NCBI GenBank assembly: GCA_017475555.1
Contig: JAFVFL010000044.1
Span: forward strand, 684-32,683
Source of the DNA: Ruminococcus sp.
Lineage (GTDB): Bacteria; Bacillota; Clostridia; Oscillospirales; Ruminococcaceae
Direction: 5' to 3'
DNA length: 32,000 bases
Below are positions 25,112 through 32,000 of this stretch, one piece after another. Position 1 is the first letter of the stretch, and each line of letters begins with the position of its first letter. Under the pieces are notes generated by a model that saw only the letters and a list, made by a program, of their open reading frames with translations, ran no database searches and was not told the DNA's origin. A program made the position numbers and the translations under genes.

Positions 25112-25396
25112 TCAATACTCCTCTGCAAGGAGCATGGTGCTGTAGCTCTCGGAGTCGATGACATACAGCTTGGCGGTGATGGGCTTTTCGGTCGGGATGA
25201 TGTATTCCATGCGGTATGCGGGCTGTTCAGATGTATGCGAGATTCTCTGCATTTCTCCCATAGGATCCAGCTTGAAAACCTGAAAATAATCCCGCTCCTC
25301 GGGCAGACGGTCGATGCAGCTCCACAGAAAGAGCTGCAATTCGAGGGGAATTTGTGCATCTACTCCTCTGGTCAGAAAACGTTGGTTGTCAAACAC
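25112..25396 (-). CDS. DUF960-like small protein (94 aa)
   Basis: GTG 25396 lies 6 nt after GGAGGTG and gives (M)FDNQRFLTRGVDAQIPLELQLFLWSCIDRL..YFQVFKL..KLYVIDSESYSTMLLAEEY. I recall this pattern from the Firmicute DUF960 family. The start overlaps the upstream stop by 8 nt. Confidence 0.55.
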   Translation of the reverse strand: MFDNQRFLTRGVDAQIPLELQLFLWSCIDRLPEERDYFQVFKLDPMGEMQRISHTSEQPAYRMEYIIPTEKPITAKLYVIDSESYSTMLLAEEY

Positions 25397-25652
25397 GGCT
25401 ATCACCTCCGTTTGTGAGCAATGCAGCTGTAATTCTGGCACCGAGCTTCATCCCTGATTTGATGGCGGAATTGTAGATTGCCGAGGACAGCTTTCCGAAT
25501 AGTGCATCCAGCTCCATTGCTTGCTGATGCGGTAGATTCTGATCGCAATATTCGTGGAACTGTGCTGATGCCTGGTTGTGCGCCTGACTCTGCATGAGCT
25601 CCGCATCCAGTTCGTCCGCAAATCTCTTGGCGATTGCATCCAATACGTCCAT
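25389..25652 (-). CDS. Hypothetical small helical protein (87 aa), first gene of the amidoligase operon
   Basis: ATG 25652 with AAAGGAGG 8 nt upstream. The C-terminal part AIKSGMKLGARITAALL resembles small accessory proteins of clostridial integrative elements, though my recollection of that family is weak. Confidence 0.55.
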   Translation of the reverse strand: MDVLDAIAKRFADELDAELMQSQAHNQASAQFHEYCDQNLPHQQAMELDALFGKLSSAIYNSAIKSGMKLGARITAALLTNGGDSRV

Positions 25653-25834
25653 TTGTGTGACCTCCTTTTCAGGTTTTTATGCTCCCTATGTTCCGCCTTT
25701 CGGCGGTTTTCCTATGCGGTCTACCATAATCGTATCATCAGTACCTGGCATAGTCATGATAATAATATACAACCCAGAATTTGAATTCGTGCAGCACTGC
25801 TCTGCACGGTGTCATAGAAGAGTCAGGGGCTTGA

Positions 25835-25878
25835 CACAAAAATAGAGGTATCAGGAAATACAGTGTCCTGATACCTCT
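25835..25878 (-). terminator. Rho-independent terminator on the minus strand, upstream of the amidoligase operon
   Basis: Minus strand reads AGAGGTATCAGGA-cactgtatt-TCCTGATACCTCT followed by ATTTTTGTG. The 13-bp stem is perfect. No annotated minus-strand gene ends here. Confidence 0.55.
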
Positions 25879-26144
25879 TTCTGGATCCACTGCCCCGCTT
25901 ACGCTCTCTTCCGCAAATCCAGATTGTGTCTATAGATAGATATAATTTGATGATGTCACCAGTAGAAATGTCGTTTTTTGAATGTGGTCGATTTTTCATG
26001 AAACCGACAAAAAGCTTTATTGATATGTTATATGGAATTGAAACAAATTATCATTTCTCATATTGATTTGGCAAAGACGAACTATCTGCCGTAGGCGTGT
26101 GGCCGCGCACAGCGCTCCCACGCCACAGCATCTATAAAACAGGA

Positions 26145-26207
26145 AAAATGGGGGTTTTTGTACAATCCCCTATTATATATAATGGCTTGTACATTTTCCC
26201 CCATTTT
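26145..26207. repeat. Imperfect 21-nt inverted repeat flanking an AT-rich TATATATAAT core
   Basis: AAAATGGGGGTTTTTGTACAA (26145-26165) and TTGTACATTTTCCCCCATTTT (26187-26207). The outer 10 nt and the GTACAA/TTGTAC parts pair, while the T-tracts between them do not. It lies about 120 nt upstream of the second helicase gene. Confidence 0.6.
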
Positions 26208-26327
26208 ACTCTGTGAGAGGCGAGCGCAGCGAAGCAGAGCCTCTCACGGAGAAAATACCGTCCTTGCCAATTTTATCAATGAAACAATGAACAATTATGT
26301 TAAAAGATAATGCAAGGAGGCGAATCT

Positions 26328-28574
26328 ATGAAACGAACCATCACACTCCATCATCAAAGACAAGGGTATACAGATAGGATGTTCAATATTGCCGTCAAAT
26401 ACGGAATCCACTATAAAATGATTGAAGAGGAAAATGCCAATGTTATGGTGTTTACGCTGCGGGAGGAGATTGAGGATGTAAGGACAACAGAGTATTTTCA
26501 AGAGCTGTTATGCAGGATATTTGAGACAGAACCCGCAAATTCTATTTATCCTGCATCTGATGTGGATGTGAGTATTTACACGATTCTATTGGCTTTTGTT
26601 GATATGATGCGAAACGAATACAATGACAAGCACTATCGGGAGGCTCTAAAAAGATTTCATGATGCTCGTCATATAGATATGATCGGAAGTTTACCTTCGA
26701 TTCATAAATTGAAAAACGGGAGCTATTCTCTTACTCCAATCACCCATGAACAGGTAGGATACGAGGTCATTTCTATTTTGTCACCAGAGAAATTGAAGGG
26801 GAATACACAGGCGCAGTCAAAGGCAAGAGATAAACATAAAAGGGCTGTGTATCGGAATTTTGATTGGGATAATCTCTATGAATGCTGCAATTTGTATCGA
26901 GAATTTTGTGACGGTGAGGAGCTTTACGATGCAGAACAGGTCTTTTTACTTGCGAGAAATATATGCGGTGCGGAGAATGGGAAAAAGCAGTTCCTTAAAA
27001 TCATGAATGAGCAGCATTCTGACAGCATTTTTGCTGATTTGAATTGGAAGGAAATTCTGACGACGATTATCAAGGGGAATGTTCCGCTTGCATCATGTCA
27101 GGAATGTGCGTATTGTGAGGAATGTCAGCACACCGAAAATATGCTGTCTACCGCACAGCCTCAGCGCTTTGAGGTCAGGAAGATCAGAGATGAAAAATAT
27201 GTCTCACTGGAGGAGGTCAGCGATGATCTGCACGCAGCCTTCGACAGAGCCATCAGCGCACAGGATAACCACGTTCGCATCATCAAAGCACAGACGGGTG
27301 CGGGAAAAACGGAGACCTATTTGCAGTGCATGAAGCATAGCGAAAAGCCACTGCTTATCGCCGTTCCTACGCATGAACTCAAGAAGGAAATTTATCGGAA
27401 ATCCGTGGCAATGGGGATAGAGAATATCTGCTGTACGCCAGATCTGGAGGAGTACCAGCTGTCCGAGGAACTGCGACAGGAGCTGAATAACCTGTATGCA
27501 ATTGGGGCTGGAGCATATGTACTGAAATACTTGACAGAGCAATTATTACTGTTAAAGCATCATGATTCTGATTATGTCAATATCTCTCAGTATCTGGACA
27601 ATTTGAAGCGCTCCACCCGTTCAACAGGTCATATCATCACAACACACGCAAGACTTCTGTACATGGCGCAGGAGGTATTGAACAGCCATGAAGTCATCAT
27701 TGACGAGGATATTTTGAGAACGGCAATGAATACAAATTGTGTCAGCATGAAAGACCTGCATCATATTCGTAACATGGGTGTTTTCAAGGGCGATGCAAGG
27801 TGCAGGATCGAGTATCTATGCAGAAATCGTGGGTATCGGAAGCTGCACAAAATAGACCTTGATAAGGATGAAAAACTTCTTGGCAATTTGGGGAATATCA
27901 GCTCTGATATTTGCGGAGTATTAGGTGCGGAATATGTCTATATCACAGACGCTATGGTGCATTACTTATCGGATATTCCATTGCCATCAGGGAAGCTGAC
28001 AATTCTCTCTGCGACCGCTGATGCAGAGCTGTACCAGCGTTTTTATCCAGACAGACAATTTGATTTCTACAAGTGCAAAAAAGCAAAGTATATGGGGAAA
28101 ATCAGGCAGCATACGGATTGCAGCTACAGTAGTTATATTCTGGAAAAGCATCCAGAAAAGGTGAGCGCATTATATCAGACGGCGAAGGAGGATACGGTCA
28201 TTACCTTCAAGGGCATTGAGCAGGAATTCCACACAAACTATCACTTTGGAAATGTGGAGGGGCTGAACCTATTGAGCGGGAAGAATTTGTCTGTCATCGG
28301 TCTGCCAAACAAGCCCGATTTTGTGTACTGCCTGTATGGAATGCGTGCTGGACTGGAATTGAAAAAATCACCGAATATGTACGTTCACAGGATTGAGCAA
28401 GGCGGCTACAGCTTTTCTCTCAACACGTTTCAGGATTCTACTTTGCAAAGGATCCAGACCTGGATGCTGTCCTCACAATTAGAGCAGGCTGTCGGTCGGG
28501 CGAGGCTTTTGCGGAATGACTGCATGGTGACGGTCTATGCGGGGTTTCCTGTGGAACAGGCGGTTTTTAATTAA
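26328..28574 (+). CDS. Superfamily-2 DEAD-like helicase with a ~320-aa N-terminal region containing a CxxCxxCxxC cluster
   Basis: ATG 26328 (MKRTITL) with AAGGAGG upstream. The motifs are I KAQTGAGKTETY, Ia LIAVPTHELKKEI, II VIIDEDI, III ILSATAD and VI QAVGRARLLR. The Cys cluster reads CQECAYCEECQH. Confidence 0.8.
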   Translation: MKRTITLHHQRQGYTDRMFNIAVKYGIHYKMIEEENANVMVFTLREEIEDVRTTEYFQELLCRIFETEPANSIYPASDVDVSIYTILLAFVDMMRNEYNDKHYREALKRFHDARHIDMIGSLPSIHKLKNGSYSLTPITHEQVGYEVISILSPEKLKGNTQAQSKARDKHKRAVYRNFDWDNLYECCNLYREFCDGEELYDAEQVFLLARNICGAENGKKQFLKIMNEQHSDSIFADLNWKEILTTIIKGNVPLASCQECAYCEECQHTENMLSTAQPQRFEVRKIRDEKYVSLEEVSDDLHAAFDRAISAQDNHVRIIKAQTGAGKTETYLQCMKHSEKPLLIAVPTHELKKEIYRKSVAMGIENICCTPDLEEYQLSEELRQELNNLYAIGAGAYVLKYLTEQLLLLKHHDSDYVNISQYLDNLKRSTRSTGHIITTHARLLYMAQEVLNSHEVIIDEDILRTAMNTNCVSMKDLHHIRNMGVFKGDARCRIEYLCRNRGYRKLHKIDLDKDEKLLGNLGNISSDICGVLGAEYVYITDAMVHYLSDIPLPSGKLTILSATADAELYQRFYPDRQFDFYKCKKAKYMGKIRQHTDCSYSSYILEKHPEKVSALYQTAKEDTVITFKGIEQEFHTNYHFGNVEGLNLLSGKNLSVIGLPNKPDFVYCLYGMRAGLELKKSPNMYVHRIEQGGYSFSLNTFQDSTLQRIQTWMLSSQLEQAVGRARLLRNDCMVTVYAGFPVEQAVFN

Positions 28575-28648
28575 AAAAAACGTAACATAAAAGTAAAAGA
28601 AATCCGATGGTGCATGATGTGACATCTCGGTAGAAGGAGAAAATTATT

Positions 28649-29488
28649 ATGGAATATATCGAAAATGCAAGACCATTCGTAAAGTGGGCAGGAGGAAAAA
28701 GACAGCTCCTGCCCACGCTGACAGAGCTGCTTCCGAAGGAGCCAATTTCCGTCTATTGTGAACCGTTCCTGGGAGGAGGTGCAATGCTGTTTCATTTGCA
28801 GCCAGAGGTCGCTTTTGTGAATGACCTGAACAGTGAGCTTATCAATGCCTATAACGTAATCAAGAATCAGGCTGATGCGCTGATTGAAACTTTGAAAACC
28901 TACGAAAATACGAAGGAATTTTTCTATGAGATAAGGAATCTTGACAGGGATTTACAGATATTTTCTGCGCTTACGGAGGTGCAGAGAGCAGCAAGGTTTA
29001 TCTACCTCAACAGGACTTGCTTTAACGGATTGTACCGAGTGAATCAGAAGGGGCAGTTCAATGTATCTTTTGGAAATTATCCTGCCCCGAATATTGTCAA
29101 TGCAGAAGGGTTGTATGCGGTCAGGGACTATCTGAATCGGGCGCAGGTGCATTTTATGTCAGGGGATTTTGCGTACATATTAGAGCAGCTTCCCTGTGGT
29201 GCTTTCGTGTATTTCGACCCGCCTTATCTGCCCGATATTGGCTCTTCCAGCTTTACAGCCTACAACAGCAAATGCTTCTCAATGATGGACCATATCAGAC
29301 TGCATTGGTGGTGTGAGCAGCTCACAAAGCGTGGAATCAAATTTATGCAGTCCAATTCCTACACACCGATAATTGCAAGCCTGTACAGCTGCTATGATGT
29401 TCAGCTTGTACAGGCAAGGCGTTCTATCAATTGCAACGGGGATGGGAGAGGCGCAGTGAATGAAGTAATTATTCGTAATTACATATGA
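28649..29488 (+). CDS. dam: Dam-family N6-adenine DNA methyltransferase (probably GATC-specific), orphan
   Basis: The motifs are FVKWAGGKRQLLP, EPFLGGGAM, NRTCFNGLYRVN and VYFDPPY. GAAGGAGA lies upstream. No adjacent endonuclease gene. Confidence 0.9.
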   Translation: MEYIENARPFVKWAGGKRQLLPTLTELLPKEPISVYCEPFLGGGAMLFHLQPEVAFVNDLNSELINAYNVIKNQADALIETLKTYENTKEFFYEIRNLDRDLQIFSALTEVQRAARFIYLNRTCFNGLYRVNQKGQFNVSFGNYPAPNIVNAEGLYAVRDYLNRAQVHFMSGDFAYILEQLPCGAFVYFDPPYLPDIGSSSFTAYNSKCFSMMDHIRLHWWCEQLTKRGIKFMQSNSYTPIIASLYSCYDVQLVQARRSINCNGDGRGAVNEVIIRNYI

Positions 29489-29655
29489 TATGCTGCCATT
29501 TCCGCTTTTGCAGAAAATCAGAACAATGCGAATAAATCCCGCTGTGGAAATTATAAATGATGATAACTTACAGAATGCTGCAAATTTTCAAACGAAGGAC
29601 ATAACATAATGATAAATGGCAGCCATTAAATTTCAAAAATCAGGGAGGAATTTTT

Positions 29656-29841
29656 ATGACAGACAATAACGAAATCATGCAGATAGAAGAGGTGATGGAG
29701 TATCTCAATATCGGGAAAAACACGATGTATGGACTTTTGAAAAGCGGAGAGCTGAACGCCTTCAAAATCGGAAAGGTTTGGAAGATTCCGAGAAAGTCGG
29801 TGGAGGAGTATGTGGAAAAGGCATTGAAGAAGAAAACATGA
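29656..29841 (+). CDS. Excisionase-family HTH DNA-binding protein (61 aa)
   Basis: MQIEEVMEYLNIGKNTMYGLLKSGELNAFKIGKVWKIPRKSVEEYV matches the excisionase-family HTH pattern. GGGAGGA lies upstream. Confidence 0.75.
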   Translation: MTDNNEIMQIEEVMEYLNIGKNTMYGLLKSGELNAFKIGKVWKIPRKSVEEYVEKALKKKT

Positions 29842-29847
29842 TTAGGC

Positions 29848-29878
29848 GCAGTCGGGCATTGCCTGGCTGCATTTTTTT
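29848..29878 (+). terminator. Rho-independent terminator after the first HTH gene
   Basis: GCAGTCGGGC-att-GCCTGGCTGC forms a 10-bp stem including two G.U pairs, followed by ATTTTTTT. Confidence 0.7.
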
Positions 29879-29961
29879 CGATTCAATGCAAAAATAATAC
29901 AACATAAAAGTAATGGTCAGAAAATAATCTTATACAATTCCATAGGGAAGGAGGGAACGTC

Positions 29962-30183
29962 ATGAGTGACAAAATCTTTGTGATACACCAAAAGGACGTA
30001 TTCACAGTAAAAGAGGCAGCGGAATATCTGACAGTCTGCCCGAAAACGCTATATCATCTTATCGAGTGCGGAGAATTGAAGGCTGCTAAAATCGGCAGCA
30101 GATACAAGCTGAAGGCTGAGGATTTAATCTGTTACATCAATCAGAAAAAGGAGAAGAATCAACATGAGAAACATCAATCTTAA
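29962..30183 (+). CDS. Second excisionase-family HTH DNA-binding protein (73 aa)
   Basis: FTVKEAAEYLTVCPKTLYHLIECGELKAAKIGSRYKLKAEDLICYI. GGAAGGAGGG lies upstream. Confidence 0.7.
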   Translation: MSDKIFVIHQKDVFTVKEAAEYLTVCPKTLYHLIECGELKAAKIGSRYKLKAEDLICYINQKKEKNQHEKHQS

Positions 30184-30862
30184 CGACTTTACCGCCCCTG
30201 TACAGCTAACGATTATCGCAACCTATGCCTATCTTCGTGGCAAGCAGTCACAGGGCAAGCCGCTTCTGCCAGCGGAAGTCACATTGCTCAGCGGCAGGCT
30301 ACAGGATTCCCCGCTTTGCATGATGCTGGGCAGCAATGCAGAGAATGGATATTTGCAGACGGCAATGAATTTAGAGGGAAACATCTGCTTGATGGCGGCA
30401 AATCTGATTGCACGGTATGGCGCAGGATTACAGCTTGATTTGAATAGTCTGTGTCAGGAGATGCTACCCAAAATACCGCTTGGTGCAGCGTGTTCCTACT
30501 CTGAAATACGGACTGACGGGACAATGCTTATTCTGAGCAGAATTGATACAGGTTACGGCACTGTGGTCAAGTGCTATCAGTACCGCATAGCTTCCTTTGA
30601 TGAAATGCTGGATATCCTGCTCAGTTATGATGACGAACTGGAAGCAATTCTTGAGAATTTGAAGGACTATCCTGATGCAAGCAGCTGGATGGAGTCCCTT
30701 GAGGAAGACCTTCTGAATGCGTATTGTTATCATATTTTTGGAAAAGATTATGAGAGTGTGTATCAGAATGATGTGAGAAAGCTTCCGCCGATGCTGCTGT
30801 ATCAGCTTGGAGCGGATATCCGTGAGAATCTGAGGAGGATTGAGGAAGCGTTTTATTTGTGA
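30164..30862 (+). CDS. Hypothetical protein, 232 aa, no recognisable domain
   Basis: ATG 30164 with AAAGGAGAAG upstream. It overlaps the preceding HTH gene by 20 nt, which suggests translational coupling. Confidence 0.6.
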   Translation: MRNINLNDFTAPVQLTIIATYAYLRGKQSQGKPLLPAEVTLLSGRLQDSPLCMMLGSNAENGYLQTAMNLEGNICLMAANLIARYGAGLQLDLNSLCQEMLPKIPLGAACSYSEIRTDGTMLILSRIDTGYGTVVKCYQYRIASFDEMLDILLSYDDELEAILENLKDYPDASSWMESLEEDLLNAYCYHIFGKDYESVYQNDVRKLPPMLLYQLGADIRENLRRIEEAFYL

Positions 30863-30904
30863 TAGTACGTTAGTGGATGGTAGAAAATTCGAGAAGGACT
30901 GTTA

Positions 30905-31213
30905 TTACTTGCTCAATCTGTTGATGAGTCCCAATACCATCAGAAGGTCTGTATCATTCAATTGATTCAGCCCATCCAGAGCCTTTTGTATCAATTCAGG
31001 GTGTTCTGTTTTGGTGTTGAAAAACTCGGACGGTGTGATACCAAAATACTCACAGATAGCAAACAACTCTGACAGTGGTGGGAGCGATTTCCCCGATGAA
31101 ATATTATAAATATAGCCGCGGCTGTGACCCAAGTCATAGCTCATCTGATATTCGGACACGCCCTTCTTCAAGCGAAGCTGTGTAATCCTGTCTCTGACAA
31201 AATCTTCGTACAT
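30905..31213 (-). CDS. XRE/Cro-C1 family HTH transcriptional regulator (102 aa)
   Basis: The real start is ATG 31213 (MYEDFVRDRITQLRLKKGVSEYQMSYDLGHSRGYIYNISSGKSLPPLSELFAICEYFGITPSEFF). The 88 upstream codons of ORF 30905..31477 are Cys/Ile-rich and look non-coding. Confidence 0.8.
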   Translation of the reverse strand: MYEDFVRDRITQLRLKKGVSEYQMSYDLGHSRGYIYNISSGKSLPPLSELFAICEYFGITPSEFFNTKTEHPELIQKALDGLNQLNDTDLLMVLGLINRLSK

Positions 31214-31363
31214 AAAAATCACCTCTATATCTATGATACAGCAGGCACAATCAAATTTACTCAAAGAAAATATGTGATTTCTATTGAAATGTCCAATGAT
31301 ATATGTTATAATATACTTGTGATAGTTGCAGGAGCTTGATACGACAACGATTAGAAAACAAAT

Positions 31364-31389
31364 CCTCCTGTACCAGAGTGTACAGGAGG
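31364..31389 (-). terminator. Hairpin in the XRE/integrase intergenic region; T-rich tail on the minus strand
   Basis: CCTCCTGTAC-cagagt-GTACAGGAGG is a perfect 10-bp stem. The minus strand continues ATTTGTTTTCT. Confidence 0.4.
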
Positions 31390-31595
31390 GAATCTTTCGC
31401 AAAATACTGCAATCTGCGATAGGACAAATTGCACAAGTCATTATTAACAGTATATCATAATTCGGGCGAAAAGTCAATAGGCTTTGTCGGTTTTCAGATA
31501 TTTTGCAGCTGAAAAAGATAATCCAACGGCACTTAAAACCCGAATTGAAACATATAGTTCGTCAGAAATCTGGTCTGTAGAATAGGAGTGAGGAT

Positions 31596-32000
31596 ATGGC
31601 AAGACGTGGGGAGAATATCTATAAACGCAAGGATGGCCGCTGGGAGGGGCGTTATAAATGTGGCTATGATGATACTGGAAAAGCACGTTACCGTTCTGTG
31701 TATGCCAGGACATATCAGGAGGTCAGGGACAAACTTGCACAGGTAAAATCATCCACTACTGCCGTATCTTCGGGAAAAAGGACTGTTAAGGACTTATTCG
31801 ATGAGTGGATGAAGGCGGTCGAGTTAAAGGTCAAAATTTCCACATTTTCTTGTTATCAAATGAAAATCAGTAAGCATATTCTTCCTGTATTTGGCGGGCT
31901 ATATTATGACAGACTGACAGCCGACAACCTTCATGCGTTTATCCGTTCCAAGCTGAAAGAAGGGCTTTCTGCAAAGTATATCAGTGATATTATTGTTGTA
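31596..32000 (+). CDS. int: Second tyrosine integrase, N-terminal arm-binding plus core-binding part only (truncated by the window edge)
   Basis: Absent from the ORF track because it is open to the right edge. ATG 31596 has GGAGTGAGGA upstream. My translation is MARRGENIYKRKDGRWEGRYKCGYDDTGKARYRSVYARTYQEVRDKLAQVKSS..VKDLFDEWMKAVELKVKISTFSCYQMKISKHILPVFG, the typical N-terminus of Tn916/ICE-type integrases. Confidence 0.85.
   Translation, partial: MARRGENIYKRKDGRWEGRYKCGYDDTGKARYRSVYARTYQEVRDKLAQVKSSTTAVSSGKRTVKDLFDEWMKAVELKVKISTFSCYQMKISKHILPVFGGLYYDRLTADNLHAFIRSKLKEGLSAKYISDIIVV

Larger units (their letters stand above)
14717..32000. mobile_element. tRNA-Ala-adjacent mosaic integrative element (or two tandem elements); the right end lies beyond the window
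   Basis: An integrase gene lies immediately next to the tRNA 3' end. Xis-like, helicase and D5-type NTPase genes follow, then an orphan Dam methylase, an XRE regulator and a second integrase. G+C content alternates sharply along the region. No att repeat of the tRNA 3' end was found inside the window. Confidence 0.75.

Noticed and set aside
25950-26066. 38-codon ORF (MMSPVEMSFFECGRFF...) starting 3 nt after a TATAAT box, considered as a leaderless small gene
   Set aside because: There is no acceptable -35 element and no SD. The composition is unremarkable and I have no means to test conservation.
26295-26501. 68-aa minus-strand ORF that the orphan terminator at 25844-25878 might serve
   Set aside because: It lies almost entirely antisense to the start of the second helicase gene. 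It has no SD and has low-complexity composition.
31214-31477. 88-codon N-terminal extension of the XRE ORF (30905..31477)
   Set aside because: The stretch is Cys/Ile-rich and low in complexity. ATG 31213 begins exactly at the HTH domain and has its own SD-like GAGGTGA.
1-32000. Whole-window search for CRISPR arrays, rRNA genes, transposase/IS ends, reverse transcriptase (retron or DGR) and toxin-antitoxin pairs
   Set aside because: I found none: no regularly spaced direct repeats, no rRNA-like conserved blocks, and no DDE or RT motifs in any frame I read.

Overview
32-kb window from a Firmicute of the cellulosome-producing Ruminococcus type. That assignment is inferred from a dockerin-bearing xylanase and the gene content; no similarity search was possible. 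Positions 1-14.7 kb are chromosomal backbone. They hold two GH43 genes, a murD-like ligase translationally coupled to a PP-loop (MurL-like) gene and preceded by a DtxR/MntR regulator, a hotdog thioesterase and cardiolipin synthase. They also hold a 977-aa GH30-CBM-dockerin-CE1 enzyme, a hybrid sugar-binding/degenerate-GGDEF/AraC regulator, and a monocistronic tRNA-Ala(GGC) with its own promoter and terminator. Positions 14.7-32 kb are a mosaic integrative element (or two tandem elements) inserted next to the tRNA. In order it carries a tyrosine integrase with putative arm-site repeats, an Xis-like HTH, an SF2 helicase and a P4/D5-type SF3 NTPase. Next come an AT-rich, self-promoted two-gene cargo cassette (182 aa + 640 aa, no domains I can recognise) and a GC-rich operon encoding a zinc-ribbon amidoligase plus a class-II glutamine amidotransferase. 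The element ends with a 675-bp structured non-coding region, a second SF2 helicase with an orphan Dam methylase, two Xis-like HTH genes, an unknown 232-aa gene, an XRE regulator and a second integrase that runs off the right edge. I saw no CRISPR array, rRNA or transposase. The best candidates for an undescribed system are the AT-rich cassette (19.9-22.7 kb) and the amidoligase/GATase operon (23.0-25.7 kb). Secondary points are the MurD2/MurL-like pair with an in-frame TAG near the 5' end of the MurL-like gene, and the structured non-coding region at 25.65-26.33 kb. All functional calls rest on motifs read by eye.
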